IMG/VR virus record: IMGVR_UViG_3300043961_000116
Coordinates: 1-36,737 of that record
Length of the DNA stretch: 36,737 nt
From: a virus
Lineage: Duplodnaviria > Caudoviricetes
Reading direction: 5' to 3' (one strand)
The position numbers and the translations under genes are program-made. Under the pieces are notes generated by a model that searched no databases, was not told where the DNA came from, and worked only from the letters and a program-made list of their open reading frames with translations. Positions 18,190 to 25,533 of the stretch are shown in pieces. Every line of letters starts with the position of its first letter. Position 1 is the first letter of the stretch.

Positions 18190-20071
18190 TATCTTCCTCC
18201 TTATTTCCGAATCCGTATTGGCCACTGCGAATATAGTCCAGTACATCTTGTTCACTCATTCGCTCAACCTGTTTTGACGGGTCATTCACATCTGCAAAGT
18301 CTTCAAAGTGATACATAGCCTGATAAAACGCATCGATAATTGCGTCAACCACATCAATTTTGAGTGTGGCCTTGGCTTTGTCGACCTGAATGCCTATCTT
18401 GTCTTCGATTACTTGAGCATTCATCAAGGCTTGTTCCATGATTTTATCGTCTAGTCTAGACAGCGAGTTCTCAACAAATCCCGTTTGTAAGAACTTGGTT
18501 GGGTCTTTTAACTCGCTAGTACGCTGTCTGATAGGTTCAAGCGGCCATTCTGTGTTCAAATCAAGACGTTTAATCGCATTCGTTGCACCCCAGGCATCGT
18601 AACCAAAGAACACTACGTCCAATTCGTTATCAGTCACATAATCAACCAGCCATTGGTAGACCTGATCATCATTAATTAGTCCTTGTGGGTGGCTCGTAAT
18701 CGTGCAACAGCCTTGTTTAACCAGCTCACGGTAATCAATGCCATCTTGCTTTTCCTTGGCTTCAATTGAGCCAGCTTTTTGCCATGGAATAAATGAATGC
18801 TGTTCAATGTGCCATTTATTCTTTCCATGCTTATCCTGATACGGATAAACAAATGAGAACGCAGTGTTATCACTAAACATCGAGTAATCAAAGCCAATGT
18901 AGACTTGTCGGCCATGAATATTGAACTTGGGTATGACAGCCCGCTCAATGTCGGCCAGCTTGAGAAAACTGTTAGTAGCTTCTTGCAGCCACATATTCAT
19001 GTTCTTGTTTTGAAAATCTGACAACGTGCCGCTCATTGCGTGTGAGTCACGTTCATCAATCAATCCTTTAAGCAGCTTTCCTGTTGGATCGTGTAAATCT
19101 AGTAACGGATTAGACTTGACCCACGTATCAGGTTCAAACGTTTCTTCTAAGCTGTCCTGTGACCACACAAGACAAAGATGTGAGTCATTAGCACGCTTAA
19201 AGTCTTGCTCCATAACTTGTTGTTCACGTTTCTGGTCTTCATGAAATGGCACAGATGGGTCAGGATAAGCAGTCGAAATCTGAATAAACTGATGGTTATC
19301 CACGTTTGTTTGGCCAGATGTGATTTTTGAAATCTTGTCTCGTGACTTAATCTCACCGATTTCATCAAAAACAGCTGTTCTGAAATGAAATGAATCGAAC
19401 TGACCAGCCTCATGTGAGATGGCACGAACAATGTTGTTGGGTTCACGCTCAACAATCTGGTCAGTCAATAGTTTTAATTGCTTAGATTCAGCTAACTCCT
19501 TAAATGGAAATTCTGCTGTTAGCTTTGATAGCATGTCATGAACATAGCCATATAGTTTGCCAGTCTGCTTGTAGTTAATTGATGCAACTAGTAAATCTTG
19601 GTTGCGTAATCCCATGGTCTCAATCAGCAGTGAGTAACACATCACAATCGCGGCAAAGTAGGTCTTACCTTGACCACGAGCAACCGACACAATTGCATGG
19701 GTGAAGCGTTTCTGGTTCTGTTCATCACGCCAACCAAACAGTGAACACATAATCATGTTCTGCCAGCCCATTAGTTTCGTGGGCATGCCAGTGTCAACGT
19801 TCGGGCACAAGGCTGCAAACGACAGGATCTTATTAACCTCATCGAGGTCATAGTGGTACTTAAACTTACTAGCTTCTGCACGTTTCAAATCTTGAAGGTG
19901 ACGGAAACAAGCCAACTGAATGAGGTACCCAGCCATCTGTCTTTTCTCTAAAACTGCAAACGCATATTGAGTACCAGGGTCGGTGTACTTTTTGCGAACG
20001 TCCTTATAGTCTTCACGTCCAAACTCACCGAACACATCATGCGATTGTGTTAAATCAATCTCTCGCATCAT
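18170..20071 (-). CDS. terL: Terminase large subunit
   Basis: Walker A ARGQGKT, Walker B VFDE, ISTA coupling motif, nuclease GFD.S...D and KID.VDA. Confidence 0.96.
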   Translation of the reverse strand: MMREIDLTQSHDVFGEFGREDYKDVRKKYTDPGTQYAFAVLEKRQMAGYLIQLACFRHLQDLKRAEASKFKYHYDLDEVNKILSFAALCPNVDTGMPTKLMGWQNMIMCSLFGWRDEQNQKRFTHAIVSVARGQGKTYFAAIVMCYSLLIETMGLRNQDLLVASINYKQTGKLYGYVHDMLSKLTAEFPFKELAESKQLKLLTDQIVEREPNNIVRAISHEAGQFDSFHFRTAVFDEIGEIKSRDKISKITSGQTNVDNHQFIQISTAYPDPSVPFHEDQKREQQVMEQDFKRANDSHLCLVWSQDSLEETFEPDTWVKSNPLLDLHDPTGKLLKGLIDERDSHAMSGTLSDFQNKNMNMWLQEATNSFLKLADIERAVIPKFNIHGRQVYIGFDYSMFSDNTAFSFVYPYQDKHGKNKWHIEQHSFIPWQKAGSIEAKEKQDGIDYRELVKQGCCTITSHPQGLINDDQVYQWLVDYVTDNELDVVFFGYDAWGATNAIKRLDLNTEWPLEPIRQRTSELKDPTKFLQTGFVENSLSRLDDKIMEQALMNAQVIEDKIGIQVDKAKATLKIDVVDAIIDAFYQAMYHFEDFADVNDPSKQVERMSEQDVLDYIRSGQYGFGNKEEDNGSTNK

Positions 20072-20610
20072 TTAGCACCACCGCCAAACATCTTCATAAG
20101 TGCCTCTTGTGCGTCCTTATCTTTGTTGTCAGCATCATTGCTAGCCATCTTCATTGATGAGCGTGCATTAAAGTTAAGACCCAAGTCGTTAGCTAAAGAC
20201 TTCAACTGACGTGACATTGAGTCAACAACACTGACCGCAGGGTTTTTACCCATCCCCGATAGTTCACGCTTCATCTTGCCACCGCCAGTGTCATACCATT
20301 TGTAAATTGGAAAAACGACACTGTGCTCATCAACAGCTTTGACCGCTTCACGGTAAATTGAATACTGTTTGCAAAAGAGTTCTAATTCTGTTGCATCGAG
20401 CTGCTTAATTAGATCACCCTTAGTCAGTTCGGAGACTAAAAAACGCCACATGCTTTTCGCAGTAGCGTCTAAATATCGCGGCGGATTTTGTTGAATATCT
20501 TTTAACCCTGATTGTGCGTTCTTAAAGTCGTCAGCACGTTTTTGTTGATCTTTTCGGTCGCCTTTTTTAGCTTGCAATTTTGGCTTTCGACCTGCATTTT
20601 TCGAATTCAT
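20068..20610 (-). CDS. terS: Terminase small subunit (P27 type)
   Basis: GRKPK, PP.YL...A..MW, KNPA, LGL...AR; start placed at ATG 20610 behind AAGGAG. Confidence 0.92.
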   Translation of the reverse strand: MNSKNAGRKPKLQAKKGDRKDQQKRADDFKNAQSGLKDIQQNPPRYLDATAKSMWRFLVSELTKGDLIKQLDATELELFCKQYSIYREAVKAVDEHSVVFPIYKWYDTGGGKMKRELSGMGKNPAVSVVDSMSRQLKSLANDLGLNFNARSSMKMASNDADNKDKDAQEALMKMFGGGAK

Positions 20611-20634
20611 GTGGCGTCTCCTTTTCCAGATTTT

Positions 20635-20720
20635 GAAAACTTTTAATTTCTGCAATTTTTACGCAAGACGATGGTACTGTGCGTGCTCCTCTGTGACACA
20701 ACACACGGGGGGGCTTAAAA
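20635..20720 (-). other. Probable cos packaging region
   Basis: Non-coding gap between HNH and terS with a C7 run (AAGCCCCCCCG), then GAGGAGCACGCACAGTACCATCG and A-tracts; layout typical of HK97-type cos phages; exact nick sites not determinable. Confidence 0.6.
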
Positions 20721-20801
20721 CTATTTGAATTGTCTTTTGGTGTAACTACATTCAAATAATTAAACGAGCTGTAATCGCCTGATAAACGTCTTTAAATCGA
20801 T

Positions 20802-21305
20802 TCATTTAAAGCATGGCAAATCGTGAATATTTTTAATCATTGCCACTTGTTTCAACTGATTTCCTTGACCAGTGCCATAGTATGACTGCTCCCAACTAGT
20901 CTTGACCTTATGACTAGCGAAGGTAGTTGTTGCTAGGTTGTTCACGTCATCTTTAAGCTCTGGTGCATACTCAATCGGTACGATGTGATCTACTAGGTTA
21001 CCTTGCTTCACTTCGCCTTGGAGCAATGCGTACTGGTCAAGGTGGTTGTCTCTTGCCAAAACCTCAGCTCTTAATGACTGCCATTGCTTCGTATGATAGA
21101 AGCTGTCCTGTTCTGCCTTAACCTCATTGCGCTTACGTGTCACAAGATTGTAGTGCCGCTCGTAAGTCTTGCTATGCTGTGATGCGAACTGCTCACGCTT
21201 AGCAATGTACTCTGCTTCATGCTCAATGTGTTGTGGACAATAATGGTTAGGAAACATAGCCATAGCATGACAGCCCTGTTGTCTGCACCTTCTAACCCTT
21301 GGCAT
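20802..21305 (-). CDS. Terminase-associated HNH endonuclease
   Basis: C...GC/YC..H, FY....W..LR, VDHIVP...NNL....H..K; adjacent to cos/terS. Confidence 0.92.
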   Translation of the reverse strand: MPRVRRCRQQGCHAMAMFPNHYCPQHIEHEAEYIAKREQFASQHSKTYERHYNLVTRKRNEVKAEQDSFYHTKQWQSLRAEVLARDNHLDQYALLQGEVKQGNLVDHIVPIEYAPELKDDVNNLATTTFASHKVKTSWEQSYYGTGQGNQLKQVAMIKNIHDLPCFK

Positions 21306-21645
21306 GATGCTTCACACTCTTGGGCTGATAGAACTTCCTGAACTGTTGGTATCCTTCCACAGCTCTCATATACTGTGGTGACACCTGTGTGTATGGATCA
21401 CCCTCACGGTAGTACATAGCCTCACCACTTCCGTACAACGCTTCAATTTTACTTAGGTAATTCACGCCTGATTTTGTGTGATAACAACGTCGTCTATGCT
21501 TCATATCGCCGCCTCCTGTTAATTTACTTACCGTGTTCTGCATCCCAAAGCACATAAAGGCTAATTCAACTCGTTCTTGCATCTGGGCTGTGCTCAGTCC
21601 ACCAAATGGCCCCAACACTTCATTCCTAATCTTCACAGTTAACAT
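21292..21645 (-). CDS. Hypothetical protein (true start may be the internal MKHRRR codon)
   Basis: ORF overlapping the HNH start; strong AGGAGG precedes internal ATG of MKHRRR, while the ATG at 21645 has no clear SD. Confidence 0.55.
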   Translation of the reverse strand: MLTVKIRNEVLGPFGGLSTAQMQERVELAFMCFGMQNTVSKLTGGGDMKHRRRCYHTKSGVNYLSKIEALYGSGEAMYYREGDPYTQVSPQYMRAVEGYQQFRKFYQPKSVKHHAKG

Positions 21646-21689
21646 TATACATCACGACTATTTTTACCGAGGTCTGCACTCCTCCACAC

Positions 21690-21720
21690 AAAAAGCGGCC
21701 AGTCTAATGACTAACCGCCT
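21690..21720 (-). terminator. Intrinsic terminator in the late leader
   Basis: GCGGTTAGTC-ATTA-GACTGGCCGC-TTTTT on the minus strand. Confidence 0.75.
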
Positions 21721-21815
21721 ATTATGCAATGCCACACAAGGTGGCCGTTTAATAATGTTAACTGCGCATTGGATGTTCCTGCACCCTTATTGGTTAAGTT
21801 TTAGAGCGCACTTAA

Positions 21816-21863
21816 TGCCGTGTAGTGGATTCGAACCACCATCGGATTACAACCAGTCACGGT
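21816..21863 (-). ncRNA. tRNA-like mini-element (T-arm plus partial acceptor stem)
   Basis: ACCGTGA-CTGGTTGTAATCCGAT-GGTGG TTCGAAT CCACT-ACACGGC-A; canonical T-arm, 5 of 7 acceptor pairs, only 16 nt between the arms. Confidence 0.5.
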
Positions 21864-21924
21864 ACCTGTTGCTACATACATTTCTAAGGGGTTTCAATTG
21901 ACTACCTATCAGTTGAACAATAAC

Positions 21925-21993
21925 AATATAACACCGCAAAACAATCTATGTCTTCGCTCATAAGCCGCTAATACTTCGCTATTAGACCACTAT
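21925..21993 (-). promoter_or_regulatory. Late promoter: four 11-bp-phased repeats and an extended -10
   Basis: ATAGTGGTCTA/ATAGCGAAGTA/TTAGCGGCTTA/TGAGCGAAGAC at 21993..21950, overlapping the arpU 3' end; TGtTATATT at 21933..21925; no consensus -35. Confidence 0.7.
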
Positions 21994-22402
21994 TTTGCAG
22001 CTGTTCATAAATATCACCTTGTTTATAACCTTCTGCAAATCTAAGTAGAGCACGACGTTTATAATAGAAGTATTGGGTTGACTGATAGCCTAGTCTATCC
22101 ATTGCTTCTAAGTCAGAGTATTCATTTGGATCAACGTATAAGTCGAACAGAATCTGTTTGCTCTTATTGTCGCACAGCTGAATTGCCATCAGAATGTCTC
22201 GTAACTCATTCTCTGCATCTAACCTCTTAGCCATTCGCTCTTCTACATGATTGCTGTACGATGGCGACTTAGGCTGTGCATCGAATACTGGTGACTTTAG
22301 TTCCGACATTCTCTTACCTGCTGTTCGCATTAGTCGGCCACACTTGTTTAGTTCGTGTTTTGCTGCCTCAATCACCGCATCTTCATTCACATCAACCGCC
22401 AT
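21968..22402 (-). CDS. ArpU-family late transcriptional activator
   Basis: LKSP.FD.QPK.....N..E, IL...Y, LGY...QY..YK.RALL.FAE. Confidence 0.9.
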   Translation of the reverse strand: MAVDVNEDAVIEAAKHELNKCGRLMRTAGKRMSELKSPVFDAQPKSPSYSNHVEERMAKRLDAENELRDILMAIQLCDNKSKQILFDLYVDPNEYSDLEAMDRLGYQSTQYFYYKRRALLRFAEGYKQGDIYEQLQNSGLIAKY

Positions 22403-22467
22403 CCTTTGCTATAATGAGTTGTCAAATCTTATAGCAATGGCCGTGTCCTTAGGGATGCGGTTTTTTT
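22386..22467 (+). ncRNA. Putative antisense sRNA unit (promoter plus terminator) opposite the arpU leader
   Basis: TTCACA-N18-TATAAT with TG extension (22386..22415); hairpin 22440..22461 with G-U pairs only on the plus strand, followed by T7. Confidence 0.55.
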
Positions 22468-22623
22468 ACTTCGCTGATCAGAACGAGGTATTTTATTTTA
22501 AGCCATCGTTATTTGCTCCTATAAGCCGATTGCAGGCTTCTTTTTAGTTTTGCTAGTATTTAATCGCAATTAAGTTTTAAACGCCTATACGCGGCTTATG
22601 CAGCCTTAAAATGGCACCGCACG

Positions 22624-22875
22624 TTATTGGTCAGTGTGCAGCTCCGATTCAGTCGTCAATTCATGAATAACCTGGTTAATTTCCCAAGCCTTTAATTCAT
22701 GAGCAATTTGAACAAGATAGTGGTTCTCATCGCTCACATTGCCAGATGACATAGCATTTAGCTTGTTGTTTGCCCAGATGAGCGTTTTCCAGATGTTATT
22801 GTCATGCTCCGGCATATTGTCACTTAGTAACTTGACGAACGCTTCACGGCATCGCTCATGTTCAATCGGTCTCAA
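22624..22875 (-). CDS. Hypothetical protein
   Basis: 83 aa ORF coupled to the upstream gene. Confidence 0.6.
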   Translation of the reverse strand: MRPIEHERCREAFVKLLSDNMPEHDNNIWKTLIWANNKLNAMSSGNVSDENHYLVQIAHELKAWEINQVIHELTTESELHTDQ

Positions 22876-23390
22876 TAGTTGGTCGCCTCTTTCCAGTTGT
22901 ACCAGACGTCACGACGCTCAATTGGTGGCTTACCTGACTGCTTGATACCTCGCTTAGCCTTGTTGAATGACCACTTGCCGTTTAGCGGTTTGGTCACTCC
23001 AACGGCTACTGATCTAAAGCTATGAGCCAATATCGACACTGCTTCCACAGGTACACCTTGATTCATTGCGAACAGTCGAAAGGTCAATCGGTTGCCGTTA
23101 TCAATCCCATAATCACCTAAACTGTTTTTAACGTCGTAGATATGCAACACGTTCATAAACTTGTCATACACGATAAAGTCTGGTGTGTATCTGATTGAAT
23201 TAACGTTCACACCTTGCTTGATGGCTTTCTTTTCAGCCAACACGAAATGGGGATGCACACTCAATTGTTCTTGTGGTACTTGTCCCTTTAGAAATCGCAG
23301 ATAGAAATTGGCTTCCTTCTCTGAGTCAAACGTATAGCCATCAAGTTCAATCTTCTTACCACGTCGGTTTAATGCTGTTGGTGAACTCAA
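22872..23390 (-). CDS. DUF1064-like PD-(D/E)xK nuclease
   Basis: DGY.FDS.KEA.FY, YTPDF, DVK motifs. Confidence 0.82.
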   Translation of the reverse strand: MSSPTALNRRGKKIELDGYTFDSEKEANFYLRFLKGQVPQEQLSVHPHFVLAEKKAIKQGVNVNSIRYTPDFIVYDKFMNVLHIYDVKNSLGDYGIDNGNRLTFRLFAMNQGVPVEAVSILAHSFRSVAVGVTKPLNGKWSFNKAKRGIKQSGKPPIERRDVWYNWKEATNY

Positions 23391-23488
23391 TGCCTCGGCC
23401 TCCCTCCACCGTTGTGAACATCCCAGATAGTCATGATTGCCAGTACAAAGATCACGATGCCCATTGTAATGTAATAGCTTGTTCCCAT
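23387..23488 (-). CDS. 33-aa single-TM peptide
   Basis: MGTSYYITMGIVIFVLAIMTIWDVHNGGGRPRH; coupled at both ends; SD AGGAG. Confidence 0.55.
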   Translation of the reverse strand: MGTSYYITMGIVIFVLAIMTIWDVHNGGGRPRH

Positions 23489-23652
23489 CAGATAACTCCT
23501 AACAACCACACTAGTAGTGACTTAATACGTTGCCACAATGTGGGTTTATTTTTATGTTCTAATTTTGCCGCACATCCGTTAGTCGGGAATCCATCGTGCT
23601 TGTGGATGTCGTGATGACTTAATGGCGTCGGTAGTATTACTTGTTTAGTCAT
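23488..23652 (-). CDS. 54-aa hypothetical protein
   Basis: MTKQVILPTP...LWQRIKSLLVWLLGVI; overlapping start/stop at both ends. Confidence 0.5.
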   Translation of the reverse strand: MTKQVILPTPLSHHDIHKHDGFPTNGCAAKLEHKNKPTLWQRIKSLLVWLLGVI

Positions 23653-23761
23653 TGTCTTCGTCCAACTGACCCACCCGCTTATCCAGGAACGTCACGTTGG
23701 GATTGCACTTGTCCCACCAGAACATACGACTGCCAGCAGTTGCATCAAGAATTGGTGTCAT
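23645..23761 (-). pseudogene. Truncated SAM-dependent methyltransferase (38 aa)
   Basis: MTPILDATAGSRMFWWDKCNPNVTFLDKR matches the N-terminus of small phage class I MTases, then stops; SD GGAGTG retained. Confidence 0.75.
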
Positions 23762-23895
23762 TAAATCACTCCAAACATTTCAGCCAGTATTGTTTTGATG
23801 TAATTACAAATCTTGTGTAATTTAGTGCTAAATTTTGGCTGTTTCCGTCGATAATCTTCCCAATATTCGTTCGCCATGTAAGTTTTATGCTTCAT
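23761..23895 (-). CDS. 44-aa hypothetical protein
   Basis: MKHKTYMANEYWEDYRRKQPKF...EMFGVI; coupled to both neighbours. Confidence 0.5.
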   Translation of the reverse strand: MKHKTYMANEYWEDYRRKQPKFSTKLHKICNYIKTILAEMFGVI

Positions 23896-24346
23896 CGCTC
23901 ACCAGCTCCTTAGCCATGTCGATTGCCTGCGCGATAGCAGGCGACTGAACGTCTTTCAACATTTCGATTTCTGAATCTGTGAACCAATACGATTTGTCAC
24001 TACGCCAACGGTGATCTGACATTGTTGAAATGTATGGTCCCGTTGCTCTACGCCAAGCTGAAATTGTTTCAGATCCATCAACACGATTGCCCCACGGGAT
24101 AACCCATTTGCGTTCGTCCTTGCGATTCTCAGGCTTGGTTTGCAGGTAACTGTTGATCAATGACCATTGCTTGGCTGTTAGGGTCTTATATCCAAGACTT
24201 GTTAAATCAAACGCCACACTAGGCTTTTCGTCGAATAATCCAATATCGATGACTAAACCGTCTTTACTAAAAGTTACAGCCGTTCTATTTAAATCGAACG
24301 TGAAGCCCTCTTCGATCATCTTTTTACCAAATTCACTCGTTTTCAT
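23885..24346 (-). CDS. Hypothetical protein (C-terminus similar to that of 28745..29236)
   Basis: FTDSEIE motif near the C-terminus. Confidence 0.65.
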   Translation of the reverse strand: MKTSEFGKKMIEEGFTFDLNRTAVTFSKDGLVIDIGLFDEKPSVAFDLTSLGYKTLTAKQWSLINSYLQTKPENRKDERKWVIPWGNRVDGSETISAWRRATGPYISTMSDHRWRSDKSYWFTDSEIEMLKDVQSPAIAQAIDMAKELVSDEA

Positions 24347-24753
24347 GAGTCATATTCCTTTCTGATTCTCAGAGTTACGTGTTTGCCCAGAAATAATGCA
24401 TCCACGAGATTTCTAACAAGGTTCTTGGCTTCATCGTCTGACAAATCCAGTTCACCAATATTGTTTGTTTTGCCAACATGCAGCTGCGTAAAAACGTGTT
24501 CAGCATCATGTGCCATGTCGTAAGCAATCGTATATTCGTTTTGCTTTTCATCTGTGTAACCAGTAATTGGCCGATTGAGCAGTTGGCAAAGGCCTGTCCA
24601 CTTAACATAGATTTCTTGTCCGTAGCGTCGTGGGCGACTGATTTTCAGTATTTCAGTTACTACCGCTTTACCGTTATTCTCAACGTCAACAATGTCGCCA
24701 ACGTTTAGAGCGGAATTAAATCCCTTATACGTCCCGTAAAAGATTATCTGCAC
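24343..24753 (-). CDS. Hypothetical protein
   Basis: GTG start behind AAGGAG; 136 aa. Confidence 0.65.
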   Translation of the reverse strand: MQIIFYGTYKGFNSALNVGDIVDVENNGKAVVTEILKISRPRRYGQEIYVKWTGLCQLLNRPITGYTDEKQNEYTIAYDMAHDAEHVFTQLHVGKTNNIGELDLSDDEAKNLVRNLVDALFLGKHVTLRIRKEYDS

Positions 24754-24768
24754 GGCTACTCATCTCCT

Positions 24769-25521
24769 TTAAAACAAACTTGTTTCTGCGCTGTGGTGGT
24801 TCTTAATTCGCTGCAGTGATTTTTCGTAATATTCTTTATTCAACTCAAAACCTACATAGTGCCTTCCGGTATCCATACAAGCAATTGCAGTACTACCGGA
24901 TCCCATACAATTGTCCATTACTAAGTCTCCCGAATTTGTGTACGTTTTAATCAAGTAGGCTAATAAGGCTACTGGTTTTTGTGTTGGATGAATTCTTTGT
25001 TTAGGAGAGGCGTCCTTCGAAAAAGTTAAAACATCTATTGGATAACGCTGGCCAGACTTGTTCGACGTGCTTACTCTTTCGTAATGATGATAATTTTTCG
25101 TAGATACCTTAGTTGCCCCGTGCTGATATGGCTTGAATCCCGACCGCATCTGAGGATTGTAGGTCGGCAAATGTTTGTAAAAAATTGAAATGTTTTCTGT
25201 ACTCCGCATTGGCATCTTGTTGGCCTGAAGAAATCCCGTCGGCAACGTTTTTTGCCAAGTCCAATCGTAACGATACAGATTTTTGTTACTCATTCTAAGA
25301 AAGCTGCTAAAGGGCTCTTGCCCAAACAAAGCAATCGCTCCATTATTGGAAATAATTCTTTCGTATTGCTTCCATAGCTTGTCCAGGGGCAACGTCGTAT
25401 CCCATTTGTTGGCAGTAGTTCCATATGGTAAGTCGCATAGAATCATGTCAATAGATTCATCAGGAATCTCTGCCATGCCCTCTAAGCAATCTATATTTTG
25501 AATTGTGTCTACCTGGATAAT
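24769..25521 (-). CDS. Beta-class N4-C/N6-A DNA methyltransferase (orphan)
   Basis: Motif IV DLPY, HPTQKPV, motif I DNCMGSGST, GFE; conserved IQNIDCLEG lies upstream of the first ATG (25476), so start extended to ATT 25521. Confidence 0.92.
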   Translation of the reverse strand: MIQVDTIQNIDCLEGMAEIPDESIDMILCDLPYGTTANKWDTTLPLDKLWKQYERIISNNGAIALFGQEPFSSFLRMSNKNLYRYDWTWQKTLPTGFLQANKMPMRSTENISIFYKHLPTYNPQMRSGFKPYQHGATKVSTKNYHHYERVSTSNKSGQRYPIDVLTFSKDASPKQRIHPTQKPVALLAYLIKTYTNSGDLVMDNCMGSGSTAIACMDTGRHYVGFELNKEYYEKSLQRIKNHHSAETSLF

Positions 25522-25533
25522 TATTCATCTCCC

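Noticed and set aside
21816-21863. Functional tRNA-Tyr
   Set aside because: Only 48 nt, no D-arm, a 2-3 bp anticodon stem and two acceptor-stem mismatches
21646-21967. GOLLD or ROOL large ncRNA
   Set aside because: The intergenic space of about 320 nt is too small for these RNAs
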